Positions 1 to 11,345 of a stretch of DNA of 64,000 nt are shown piece by piece. The first letter of the stretch is position 1. Each line of letters opens with the position of its first letter. The stretch is from contig ML978127.1 in the NCBI GenBank assembly GCA_010015805.1, positions 1,736,001 through 1,800,000 on the forward strand, in the 5' to 3' direction. The notes below the pieces were generated by a model. That model was given only the letters and a program-made list of their open reading frames with translations. It had not been told where the DNA came from and did no database searches. The position numbers and the translations under genes were made by a program. The DNA is from Rhizodiscina lignyota (lineage: Eukaryota).

Positions 1-962
1 GAATACCGTATCGCTGTCTTTCGTGCAGTACTCGCCTTGCGCAGACGCATCAGTTCAGTGCTCAAAATGGCGCAGACGGGGCCCGAACTACCCATTTCGG
101 ATTTGAGACGATATCTGAAGACTCAAAAGATGACAGAGGTGCAGTCATTTCTTATTTCCTCTTGCATATGGGCTAATGGCTGGTAGTGGGTGCGGTTTTC
201 TCCTCCGTCGCAGCGTCCTACGATACAATGAACGACTTCATGTCCCTGTACATCCATCGTCTTTGGAAGGACCATTTCGTCCGATCCCTGAATCCTGGTA
301 TAAACCCCCTCACATCATCGTCCTCGGAACCGCAAGGAATGAATATCCTCGACATCGCTGGTGGAACTGGCGATATCGCCTTCCGCCTCCTCGACCACGC
401 GACAACCATCCACAATGACCAGACAACACGAGTCACTGTTGCGGACATAAACCCAGATATGCTAGCTGAGGGTAGGAAAAGGTCGTTGGAAACCCCGTAT
501 GCCAGCACCGGCCGATTAAACTTTATCGAGACGAATGCGGAGAAATTGGACGCGATACCGTCAGATAGTGTCGACTTGTACACCGTGGCGTTTGGTATCC
601 GAAACTTCACACACAAAGATACAGCAATACGAGAAGCTTTCAGGGTTCTTAAACCCGGCGGCATATTTGCCTGTCTCGAATTCAGCAAGGTGCAGAATCA
701 GTTGTTTGACGCGGTTTACAAGCGATGGAGTTTCAGCGCAATACCGCTGATTGGGCAAATTGTCGCGGGCGACAGAGATAGCTATCAGTATCTTGTGGAG
801 AGCATCGAGAAGTTTCCAAGCCAGACGGAGTTCAGAGATATGATAAGAGACGCAGGGTTTGTGATACCTGGTGAAGGGCCGGACGGGGAAGGATACGGTT
901 GGGAGAATCTGAGTGGAGGCATTGCGGCGATCCATAAAGGCATGAAGCCGATAGGAGCATAG
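1..962 (+). CDS. COQ5: Ubiquinone biosynthesis C-methyltransferase (COQ5/UbiE), 5'-truncated by window edge; intron 139-186
   Basis: THFGFETI..RVGAVFSSVAASYDTMNDFMSLYIHRLWKD, SAM motif ILDIAGGTGDIA, YTVAFGIRN, SYQYLVESIEKFP. The GT..GCTAAT..TAG intron joins the frames. Confidence 0.95.
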
Positions 963-1733
963 TCGGTTTGTACTGGAGTGAGTGTACATGATTTTCGTAC
1001 AAGAGATACCCTACTCGAAGTCATTTGTCAATACTGCCTCATTCTCATTCTATCTGCCGTGATGTCCGTGAGTATGCGTTCGATTATACGCGAAACCTCC
1101 TTTGTCAATTTGCAACGTCAGTGATGAGAATGGATTGGATACTGTTTGAAGCTTGCCTTGGATGATGTAAGATACTGGATGGCCGCATGCTATCCTTCGT
1201 TAGTTGGCTATTTCATTTCAGAAGTTAGAGCCTTAATACGCTAACTGTTTAAAGTATCAGGATGCTAGGATGGATTTGTATTTCGTAGTTAGGACGGCTT
1301 TGCAAGCCCTCAAACACGTATATCCATCTGGTCTAACTCATTTGTATTGCCGATAACCGCGGAATTGGACAGATTCGAACAGACCAGTGTGCTAGTGTTA
1401 ATACTCTATGCGAAGGACCTTACATTTCCATGGTCATTCCACGTCGTTGAATTAGGCGGCGTCGTCGAGAAAGTATCTGTTCGATTGTACCCGGAGTCTT
1501 CTCATCCACAACTTGCGAAATCACACATTCGGCTTATCAGCGGAAATTGGCGGCAAACGGGTTTACAACGCACTGTCACAATTGCTAGACCCAAGCACGT
1601 GCTTCAAACGTCACGAGCATCTTTGCCTACCACACAATTTCGTTCTTCAACCACGGCTCTTTTCAACCTCACCTTCAACCTTTACAACAAAGTCAACACC
1701 ACCGCCGTCCAACGTCCACTCCTGTGCGTCGCG

Positions 1734-3017
1734 ATGGCGAGCGGCCCTTCCTTCGAAGGTGATGCGGCGAGCTCATGGCAAAGTCAGTTACCAATACGCG
1801 CTGCCGGAACCACCCCAAACTTCCAAACACCACTTCGGTTCGGATCCGAGCCTGCGCAAGCGGAATTTGACAACGAAAACGACGCGCTCTGTTCTGATGA
1901 TGAAGACTTGTTGAAGGCATGGAGCGAGAAGCTGAACTTGGTGGAGACAACATTCCGCTCTACCACCGACACGCAGCCGATGAACGAGACTCATGGAGTG
2001 AAGCACCACAAGAGAGCATTTCAGTCTACGGCCGACACAGAGCCAATGAAGGCCGCCGATGAATTCGTTCGAAACCAAATCCGTCGGATTGAGGAAAACT
2101 GGAACATGCCACTCTCCGAATGCATTCCGGAATGCCTCTGGCCCAGATGCGTGGCTCAGCTGGACCCCCAGCGGACAGCTGAAATTCTTACCCCGGGACC
2201 CCCGCCAGAGCTCGACCTCAACGTTCTTTCCGCCCATAACTTCCCAAGAGTCTTCCTCAGCAGTGTTATGATAATTTCCGAACTCGTACAGAACGACATC
2301 AAACGAGTTCAGGAAGGCTACGTTGCGGCTGTCGCGCATTATTCGGAAGGCAAGCCACGGGAGGCCAATCAAGAAAAGCTGGGTCCGGGCCCAGCATTGC
2401 AAACTCTTACGGATAATTGGGCCAACGGAGAAGTGCATGCCCTTTTTATTGGGAAGCTCCGCAACTTGGTGATCAAACCTCTACGGAAGTCACAACGCGA
2501 ATGTGATGAGAAGAGTGCGGCTGCCTTGAAGGGAAACTTACCTTCGACCATTCGCGATTACTTTCTCGAACGTATTGACGTTCTTCGTGTTGCGCAGTTC
2601 ACCTGCGAGAATTTCTGCGTAGCGAGGCTTCAATATCTGCATTCAAAGCTTCTGCTTAGCCAGGAGAAGCAGAGGAAAGAGAAGATGGCGAAGCAAGAGA
2701 AGATAGCGACGCAACAGAAGATTTCGAAGAAAGAGAAGATGGCGAAGAAAGAGAAGATGAAGAAAGAGAAGAAGATGGCGAAGATGGCGAAGATGGCGAA
2801 GATGGCGAAGAAGGAAATGGCGAGGCAAAGGCGGGAGGAAGATCTGGGGGCAAGAGGAAGGGAGTACGCCTCGAAGGAGAACCTGGAGCAGACGCAGAAG
2901 CGGCAGGAGATGGAGTCGAAGAAGGCGGAAGGGACGGCGAGGAGGATGAAGCTGAAGGCGGAGAAGAGGAAGGCGATGCAGAAGGAAAATGGGGATAAGA
3001 TGGACGTAGAGACGTGA
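1734..3017 (+). CDS. Hypothetical protein with Lys/Glu/Met-rich coiled-coil C-terminus
   Basis: Long ORF (frame open from 1347; ATG at 1734). No recognisable domain; tail of KEKMAK-like repeats. Confidence 0.6.
   Translation: MASGPSFEGDAASSWQSQLPIRAAGTTPNFQTPLRFGSEPAQAEFDNENDALCSDDEDLLKAWSEKLNLVETTFRSTTDTQPMNETHGVKHHKRAFQSTADTEPMKAADEFVRNQIRRIEENWNMPLSECIPECLWPRCVAQLDPQRTAEILTPGPPPELDLNVLSAHNFPRVFLSSVMIISELVQNDIKRVQEGYVAAVAHYSEGKPREANQEKLGPGPALQTLTDNWANGEVHALFIGKLRNLVIKPLRKSQRECDEKSAAALKGNLPSTIRDYFLERIDVLRVAQFTCENFCVARLQYLHSKLLLSQEKQRKEKMAKQEKIATQQKISKKEKMAKKEKMKKEKKMAKMAKMAKMAKKEMARQRREEDLGARGREYASKENLEQTQKRQEMESKKAEGTARRMKLKAEKRKAMQKENGDKMDVET
2682..2822 (+). repeat. Coding minisatellite: AAGATGGCG 9-mers (KMA) and related 18-mers
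   Basis: aagatggcg x4 in tandem at about 2772-2807, flanked by degenerate copies. Confidence 0.85.
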
Positions 3018-3511
3018 GGAATGAGTAGGTGGTGTCATTGACGGTGGTAAAACCGTGTTGTGGCACAAGTGCCAAATATTTCATTGCCAGAGTGAACGGA
3101 CTCTTTAGTCAATACAGATTGTGAACGTCAAAGCATGTTCAAGCTTAAGAACAACTAAAACGAATCAAATCAAGCTTTTAAGAGGCGTATCGTTTGCATC
3201 TTTTCTTCAGTCACTACCTTATTATCCCACAGCGCCATGGATCTGCTGCTTGGCGACCCTCATTGGCTGTCGCCGCATCTTACCTCACGAATCATTGCCG
3301 GTGCTTGAGCAACTGTCTGGTCGCATGTAATCTTACTAGGTTCGGCAAGCAGGGAATGCGATAATATCGCCGCTGTCTGTGCTTACTGGCCCGCATCTCG
3401 TAACGATAGGTAAGTCAGACCTCATCCAACATCGTCTCTTCGATTCTTCTCCCAGTCAGATGTTGGGCTATTGCAGCTTGACACATACCCTCTGAAGCTA
3501 TTGATACAAAG

Positions 3512-5438
3512 ATGGCCATGCCAGAGCCCAAGGACCTCTCCCACCACTTGAGCAGGGCGACAAAGCGAAGACAGGGCTCGCAGGTCAAAAATTACTACAA
3601 ATATTTTGGCATTCCGGGTATTGGGCCGCTTGCAGCAGGTCCGTGTCGCTTAACTGAATCTATGTATTTCAATGGCGCTAACTGGGTCCCTGCATCAGGC
3701 CATCCTAATTGCTGCTATTTCCCCTTTGATACCCTCGAAGCAAAGACGGCCCTCCCAGATCGTTGGGCTCCGACGCCAAATGGTACTGTCGACTTGAAAA
3801 CATCCCTCAATGGCAGGCCTGCAACCCGGCCAGAATCCCACGTCGTCGTACCCCAAAAGTCTTCCAACTCAGAATCCGCTCATAAAATTGATCTCAAATC
3901 GGCTCTTCAATATGGTCCCTCACAGGGCTACCGTCCCCTCTATTCCTTCCTTCACCAATTCGTCCGTCAGAATCTCCATCCCCATGTGCCTTATGCCGGC
4001 GGACCCAACATCATCCTAACGTGCGGCAGCACCGATGGGCTTAGTAAGGCGCTGATTGCTCTGAACAACGAATGGTCGGAAGGCTACGATGCGACGAGCG
4101 CGAGAGAGGGTATTTTGTGCGAGGAGTATGCCTACATGGATGCTATTCAACAAGCTGTTTCGCGTGGACTGAACATAACCCCAGTCAAAGTCGATGACGA
4201 AGGTATGTGTGCTGCTGGCCCTGGGGGATTAAGAGACGTTTTAGAGAATTGGGACTTCTCTCAGGGGAAAATACCGCACTTGATGTACACCGTCACGTAC
4301 GTGCTTCTCGAGTACCAGCAACTAGCATAGTCTCGGACCGCATCATCTCCAAGTCTTGCTAATGCTGAATAGAATTGGCCAGAACCCTACTGGAGGTTCC
4401 CTGTCAGTGGAGCGTCGCAAGGCAGTTTATGAGCTCTGCGTACAGTACGACATTATTATCATCGAAGACGACCCCTATTGGCATTTGCAGTACCCATCTT
4501 CGAATAACTTTCCTCCGGTGCCAAAGCCCGTCAAGTCATCGGGATTCGAATACCTTGATTCTCTTGTTCCGTCTTATTTATCCCTCGACTACCAGGGTCG
4601 GGTCCTCCGCCTTGATACATTTAGTAAGACTATTGCTCCTGGGTGTAGAATGGGCTGGATTACCGCGCAGCCGGCACTTGTCCAACGAATCTCCCACATA
4701 ACAGATTTAGGTACGCAGCAACCAAGTGGCTTTGTACAAGGCCTGGTCGCCGAACTCATTGTAGGCCCCGGGAGCGAAGCTGGCAATGGAAGAGGCGGCG
4801 CAGAGGACGGGAGGGGCTGGGAAGTCACTGGCTGGGTGCGGTGGCTTGAAGGCCTCAGGGGAGAATATGAACGTCGAATGAACAAGATGTGCGACATCCT
4901 AGACGAGGGCCAATATGAAGTCAAGAGCAGCCAGTCGAGTATCTCTACTACGACAAAGACTGCAGTTGACGGCAAAACCCCCGCGCATCTACGAGACGGA
5001 GAGGTCGATGGATGGCAAGTTGTCGAGAAGACGGAGCTATTCTATTATATCAGGCCTCCCGGAGGTATGTTTGTGTGGCTGCGCTTCCATTTTAACACCC
5101 ATCCGTTATACGGGACCTTCTCGGGCGAAGATCTTTCCCACGCGTTGTGGCTATTCTGGACAACAGAAAAATTCCGCGTCGTAGTAGCTCCTGGCAAGCT
5201 TTTTGCCCCAACTGCGGAGATTGCGAAGAGAGACGCGTGGGAATGTTTTCGGCTGTGCTTTGTGGAGATTGAGGAGGCCGACCTTGAACCGGTGACGAAG
5301 CGTTTCGTTATGGGCATCAAGGCATACTGGCGCATCAGGACCAAGGACGTGATCCGGAAACTCCTGGATGAAGATGAAACGGTGACTGCAAATGCAAAGA
5401 ACCTGGGCATGGTAAATTTGACTGGGTTTGGATGCTGA
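3512..5438 (+). CDS. PLP-dependent class I/II aromatic amino acid aminotransferase (Aro8-like); introns 3639-3698, 4297-4372
   Basis: ALQYG, GQNPTG, IIIEDDPY and DTFSKTIAPGCRMGW (PLP lysine) motifs. Canonical introns join the two ORFs. Confidence 0.9.
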
Positions 5439-5758
5439 TTGCGATCTTGAATATCGCATACTCCTTGGCTTCGAGTATACAAATGGTTATCAAAGCTTGG
5501 TATAACAATCATCATGCTACAATGACAGTTGACATTGGGTACGGCGGCAGCGCCTTTAGCATTTTCGGGTCTGACGCAGTGTTCCAGATTGCCATTACGG
5601 ACGCATGTGGACATTGGATCGTCCCCTCACAACCATCGACCATCGTCTGTCTAAACAAAACCTTTTTGAAAGGGCAGGTCTTCTCAGTTTGATAGAACAT
5701 AAGTTTACATATGGCATACGATAATCGACGAAGTGTCAAGGGACTAATCAGCATATCC

Positions 5759-6841
5759 TCAGAAGCATATCTGCGAGAGCCAGCCGATAGCGTCGACACT
5801 ATCCTTGAAACGCTGTTTACTCATTTCTAGCCCAGGAAACACAGCCCACCACACATGCGGATAGCCACGATAAAGTGCAAGCTTCGTAGGAACACCACAC
5901 TCCTCTCTTAATACCTTCTCGTAAATCAATCCGTCGTCTCGGAGCGGATCCATGCCGCAGACTTGAAAGTAGGCAGGGGCCAATCCCATGTGGCCGTTCT
6001 TGACTTCTCCTGGGCCATCAGAGGGATGGTATTGATCAAATGGAGCCCACATAGGAGAAGTGGGGTCGGGCTTGCAGACGTCACGGACGATCTGAAGGAA
6101 CTTGCGGTTCAGAATTGGCGCATCTTTGCACTGCTCGTAGGAGAGATAGAACTTTTGGTACTTCTCTGGCACATGCTCGTGATCGATGTAATCACCTGCA
6201 ACAAGAAACTGGCCAGTCAAGGGAGGTGATAAGCGGTTATCGCGAGCAAGATGGGCGAGAACTGCCGCAATGTAGGCGCCCGACGAGCTACCTCCGATGA
6301 TGAAGCCAGCCTTTGGATCTGCTTGCTTCGGCAACAATGGTTGAGACACATTGTGAAGAGATTTCATTTCTTCTGACAGATATTGCAAGAATGCCCAGGC
6401 ATCGTCAAGCGCCGCTGGAAATGGATGCTGGGGAGCGAGGCGGAAGCTGGGGCAGAGGACTGTCGCCGAATGGTTGATTGCAAGTTGGCGGGCGAGTTCG
6501 AGCTCCGTTTCGGGATAAGCAAAGCAATTGCCTCCTCCATGATAAAGAACGATAACAGGAGATGGTACGTCGATAATAGTGGGATGGCAGATTATGACAC
6601 GAGAATGAATCTCGTCGCTGAGAGGAATCGTTCGCTCGGTCTCTGTGACATTTGAGGGTCGAGTGGAAGCAAGTTGTTTCTGAAGTTCCGGGAGAGAGGC
6701 TTGCACGATCTCCTTCAGACTCAGTAGATCATCTGGAGTAGCTGATGCTGCTGGATTCTGGCCGAGCGCCTCCGCAATAGCTGGATCGATCGTGGCAGCT
6801 GCCAGAATTTCTTCTTGTGTCGACGGAGGTTCTGTTTGCAT
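5759..6841 (-). CDS. Alpha/beta hydrolase, hormone-sensitive-lipase family esterase
   Basis: HGGG oxyanion motif, GSSSG nucleophile elbow, GMDPLRDD, GYPH. ATG at 6841. Confidence 0.9.
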   Translation of the reverse strand: MQTEPPSTQEEILAAATIDPAIAEALGQNPAASATPDDLLSLKEIVQASLPELQKQLASTRPSNVTETERTIPLSDEIHSRVIICHPTIIDVPSPVIVLYHGGGNCFAYPETELELARQLAINHSATVLCPSFRLAPQHPFPAALDDAWAFLQYLSEEMKSLHNVSQPLLPKQADPKAGFIIGGSSSGAYIAAVLAHLARDNRLSPPLTGQFLVAGDYIDHEHVPEKYQKFYLSYEQCKDAPILNRKFLQIVRDVCKPDPTSPMWAPFDQYHPSDGPGEVKNGHMGLAPAYFQVCGMDPLRDDGLIYEKVLREECGVPTKLALYRGYPHVWWAVFPGLEMSKQRFKDSVDAIGWLSQICF

Positions 6842-7179
6842 GCTTCGTGGTTTCCCACTGAATGGTTGAAATGATGCAAATACTGAATGACGAGGAAATA
6901 GAATTATCAGAAGGGGCCAAGCCAAACTTCTCTTACTGTTAGGTAACTACTGAGAATGCAACGCTCAGGCTTGAGTCATATCTCGATATGCACACTGCAT
7001 GGTACCATGTGTGAAGTCTACGGATTACGATTGCTGCCCTGCAGAATCTGCAATGGCTTCCGTATATGACAGTTCTGCGAGCCCTGCAGTTTTTAGAGCC
7101 TGCTCGATGCCGCTAGTCTAAGCTCAAAAAAATAGGTTGTTGGTCAACCGAAGTGCGGGGATTCTTCGGCCGGCGTTTG

Positions 7180-7205
7180 ACGCGTCGCGTCTACTGTGAA
7201 CGCGT
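7180..7205. promoter_or_regulatory. Paired MCB-like boxes (ACGCGT) upstream of NSE2
   Basis: ACGCGT at 7180-7185 and 7200-7205, plus an adjacent CGCGTC, 70-95 nt before the ATG. Confidence 0.5.
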
Positions 7206-7273
7206 CTTCCGAGATTCCTTTCACCATATATCCATCTCAATTCCAACCATAGCTTTCCAAAATCGCCATCGAA

Positions 7274-8680
7274 ATGTCTTCACGAGCGAGGCAGTCTGCA
7301 GCACCTCTAGGACCTGCGTCTCGCGCAGCACCCGCAAGAGTCCCGACGTACGAGCCACCTTCATTTCCTCTGAGCAGCAACCAGCAACGAGCTCTGCAAA
7401 CCCTCCTTCAGACCCACTCGCTGAATAAACTCAAAACCCATATTGCTGCGGCTGGTGAAAGGCTCACCGACGATGTTGGCAAGGTCAACGACCGTTTACA
7501 CGAACGAGAGGAGCGACTCCAGAGGAGAGGCGCCAGAAACGATCAAGATGCAGAACCGAACGACGAGCTTGAGAAGCTGGAGAAACAATTACAAGATGTG
7601 AAGGAGCGTGTCGAGAAAATGACACAAAGGATGGATGAGAGCATTCGGAAGATGATTGACGGCGAGTACAATGTTCTTTCCGTGGAGACGTCGATTGCCG
7701 CAGTATCGAATCAAGCTGTGAGTGCTAGTCAAGCAGCACGCCATTCACAGTCTCAACGCCAAAGGTGCGCTGCCAATGGTGAAGATGACGAAGATGACGA
7801 AGATGAAGAGATGCCTGATTTTGACCCTACCGACCCAGCTGCGAGTCGCGCAACTCAAAATCCCCCAGCATTTAGCCTGAGCGAAAGCTTTCGCACGCGT
7901 CTGCAAGACGAGAAGGACAAATATCAGACAAGGTCACTGTCAGAACGCTATACGAAGAACAATACTTACATTGGCTTTAAGAGGGTCGTTCATGATACGC
8001 TCCATCCTGACGACGGAATTCCATTACCGCACCCGAGAACGTGGTTTAATGAGGGAAATAGACCTGAACCAGGTGTTACAGATGCTGGCAATGCAGCTGA
8101 AGACTCAGATGATGACATTGCTATAGCGAGGGAGACAATCAGTACAAAGTGTCCACTCACGCTACGCGAGTTCAAGGATCCATTTACCAGCAAAAAATGT
8201 CCTCATACTTTTGAGAAGGAAGCCATTCTTGGTTTGATGGGTGGGCGAGGAGTACATAGACATGTACAATGTCCCGTGTCAGGCTGTGAACAGGTTCGTC
8301 ACTTCCATTGCTCTTGGTGGGCTAATACTAACAGTATCCTCAAACAGGTCCTTACCCCATCCGACCTTCATACTGACCCAATCATCATACGCAAAATTCA
8401 GAGAATACAAAGATCGCGACGCGCAGACGAGGAAGAAGAGGAGTTGGCTGGCTCTCCGCCCAGAGCCACAAAACGAAACCGCGCAGAGTCTGTGGGGTCT
8501 GATTCTGGTGAAGACATCGATGCGATGGAACGCAGGACGCAACGAGGACCGTCGGTCAAGGGCGAGCCTGTGTCCAGCAGGCCCAGACCTTCGACTGAAC
8601 AAGTTGTGGATTTAGGCGGCGATAGTGACGGTGACGAGGAAGATGAAGATGAAGATGAAGATGTCACTGATGCAGAATAA
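7274..8680 (+). CDS. NSE2: SMC5/6 SUMO E3 ligase Nse2/Mms21 (SP-RING); intron 8294-8347
   Basis: DDDIAIARETISTKCPLT...KCPHTFEKEAI...CPVSGC zf-Nse signature, N-terminal coiled coil, acidic tail. Confidence 0.88.
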   Translation: MSSRARQSAAPLGPASRAAPARVPTYEPPSFPLSSNQQRALQTLLQTHSLNKLKTHIAAAGERLTDDVGKVNDRLHEREERLQRRGARNDQDAEPNDELEKLEKQLQDVKERVEKMTQRMDESIRKMIDGEYNVLSVETSIAAVSNQAVSASQAARHSQSQRQRCAANGEDDEDDEDEEMPDFDPTDPAASRATQNPPAFSLSESFRTRLQDEKDKYQTRSLSERYTKNNTYIGFKRVVHDTLHPDDGIPLPHPRTWFNEGNRPEPGVTDAGNAAEDSDDDIAIARETISTKCPLTLREFKDPFTSKKCPHTFEKEAILGLMGGRGVHRHVQCPVSGCEQVRHFHCSWWANTNSILKQVLTPSDLHTDPIIIRKIQRIQRSRRADEEEEELAGSPPRATKRNRAESVGSDSGEDIDAMERRTQRGPSVKGEPVSSRPRPSTEQVVDLGGDSDGDEEDEDEDEDVTDAE

Positions 8681-8928
8681 GCAACGGATATAGAGGAACG
8701 GTCTTGCTGGGTTCAATTGAATGTACAAGCTACTTGTGAAATCCAGTATTCTAATTCGCGCATCAAGCCTCAACGATTCCTGACTCTATGCCTGACTGAG
8801 TTTTCGAAATGTTGCGGCAGAGGTGAAAATGGTATCGTCGTAGATCATAAACCGCTACAAAATGCTCTGAAACAAGACCAAGCCCGAAATACCGCATCTC
8901 CATATTCGCCAATCATCTCTCCTTTCCA

Positions 8929-9726
8929 TTAGGTACTACCGTGCCGTTGCATGTACTTCTCCCTAAAGCTCTTCCCGACTGGTGTCTCCGCATCGAACCC
9001 ACTCTTTCCACCCGCCGCAGGCGCACTTGACCCAACCGTCGCAGGCAGCTTGCTTGACGGTGTAGGTGGCTGAATCGCCACTGCCCTGCGCTCCTTCTTC
9101 CCACTCGGCGATGTGTCAACAGCCACAGCTTTGACCTGGATCTTCTCCCCCTTACCCTTCTCAAGGTCACGGTCTTTGGAGCGCGAGGGCGGAGAGTCCA
9201 TTCGTACGGCATTGCGAGTGGAAGCGCGACGTGCACGACTGTCGTTGAAGCGGCCGGTGAGACGGCGCGAGGCGCGAGAGATGGACTTGCGGACGTCCCA
9301 GCCACGCTTTTTGGCGAGGAACCAGAGGAGCCAGATGACGACTGTTGAGCACATACATGTCAGTTTGTGGTGACGAACAAAGATATAGGAACCCTTACAG
9401 ATTACGAGAATCAGGAGAGCGATGCCAACGCTGATACCAATAATGGCACCCGTGCTGATGCTATAGCTTCCTACGTCTGATCCGTCGTTCCCAGCGTTGC
9501 CGTCGTTTGTTGAACCAACGCCGCCTTCCGGCACGCCCAGGCCATCGTTAGGTTGTGCGAGGCCAGCAGCGCCGCCCGATGCAGTTGTAGCGAGTGCTTG
9601 AGAGGCAGCGGTGCCTGTAAGAGTTGCGAAGCCGGTAGAGGACTGGACGAGGACGACGGTCTGCGTTACGACTTTCTCGGCGGCGCCCAAGGAGAAGAGC
9701 AGTGAGACGAGGAGGATGCGGTCCAT
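8929..9726 (-). CDS. Single-pass type I membrane protein (signal peptide, short G/S/T ectodomain, TM helix, basic cytosolic tail); intron 9342-9398
   Basis: MDRILLVSLLFSLGAA signal; ISTGAIIGISVGIALLILVIFVIWLLWFLAKKRGW after splicing. Confidence 0.8.
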   Translation of the reverse strand: MDRILLVSLLFSLGAAEKVVTQTVVLVQSSTGFATLTGTAASQALATTASGGAAGLAQPNDGLGVPEGGVGSTNDGNAGNDGSDVGSYSISTGAIIGISVGIALLILVICKGSYIFVRHHKLTCMCSTVVIWLLWFLAKKRGWDVRKSISRASRRLTGRFNDSRARRASTRNAVRMDSPPSRSKDRDLEKGKGEKIQVKAVAVDTSPSGKKERRAVAIQPPTPSSKLPATVGSSAPAAGGKSGFDAETPVGKSFREKYMQRHGST

Positions 9727-11345
9727 TGTTATGATAGCGATTCTCCTCCCCTAAAACGGCGTGTGTAAAGAGTGGATCAAGAATAGAAGGACTCTTGAGG
9801 GGCGAGAATCGAATATAGAGTATGAGAAGAACAGCGCAAAGTGATGAAAGTAGACTTGCCCTACCTTCACATCATACTCTCCAGCATCGAAGGCAAAAGT
9901 AAGTCTATAAGAGCACAGAGCACACGCTTTCATGCCGGTGCGCTCGTTCCCGTCCTGCGCATCTCCAATCGCAAGCATTTCCATCGACGTCTCGGCGACT
10001 TGCCGGGCGGCTACAGAGCCAAAGCGTGTCTCGAGTGTGACGGTTTTACTGCTGGCAGCGCCCAGGAAAGGGCGCATTTGCAGGAGATGCGGGCGGGATG
10101 CCGGCACTGCGCCAGGAACAGCGTTTCGGATTGAGTCGAACATGATTGATTGGGGAAGAGGACGGCGCGTAGAGCAGTGATGAAGATGTGAAGGTCGTGG
10201 CTTCTGGGCTGTGATTGGTGTCGACCCTGAAGTGCCAAGGAGACGTGACCCTGAAGCATATCTTGACCACAGGAACGACCTCGAAAGAGACATTGATGCC
10301 TGAGACTCTCTTTGCATAGATCACTGCAGCATGCAAGGACTCTGGCTTGTCGCCCAGCAGTATGCTGTATCGGCGAGTTCTTCTTCTTGCCTGAGGCAAA
10401 CAGGAAGTCATTCGCACGGCACAGCAGGTGGTGGTCTGGTCACAGGTTGTCGGCTGCTGGCGTAGACGATAATCTCCCGAACTATTCACTATTCGCCGAG
10501 AATGCCCTCTGATGGCGAATTCTGTATCGTTCCATTCAATGTGCTGAGCTATTGGTATCAGCTGCCGACCGCCCAGCTGGAGGGCTTCCAATTTCGCTGG
10601 AACTATCTTCCTCAGGTACACGCAACTATTTCTTACCCTTTGTATGTCATGATGCCATTAATACTTTGGATTTGCTTTGCAATCAACGCCGCAATGACAG
10701 ATGGGCTGTGAAACGCCAAGGTCGACTTCCTTTCTAACCGCCCTCAATGACAGAATTGCTATATCTATCTCTGCGGCATCCTTGTGCGAATTGACGGACG
10801 GAACAACATAACACATTCGAACGTCGGGGAAACTTTCAATCGATATATCTCCAAGCTTATAAATGTTACAGTCGCCCCTAAATATCGGCATCGAAGTGAG
10901 TGATGGGATTCCACGTGACGGCGAACTACGGAATACCGAGACGGTGCTTTACAACAGAGCCCCGGCATTAGTCTTCTTAGACCCGGAGATACGTTTGCCA
11001 GCAACGGCAACATCTTACAGCTAGTCCAGATTTATTGAGCTGTTCCATATTGCAGCTCTACGTTCATCGCCATGGTCAATGCAAATGAGCCTAATTATTA
11101 ACCAGACGAACTCAGTCAGTCGGCTCGGTATCCAGCACATCCGTAGATGGATTATCTGGGGAATCTCAGGGATATATAAGTATGTTCATATGTCACTTCC
11201 TCATATTCTTCTCATATGATCAGTCGACTCTTGAGTCTTGTCGTGCAGCTCACTTTCTCGCGGCTTGTTTCTTCGACAAAACTTACTGTTATAATTCATT
11301 GGCATTTGGCAGAGAGCCTCAATTCTTCAAAAAAGCTTCAGAAAC

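Noticed and set aside
9751..11100. Numerous 60-190 aa overlapping ORFs (also 18700-20400)
   Set aside because: No domain signal or consistent splice pattern; treated as intergenic noise.
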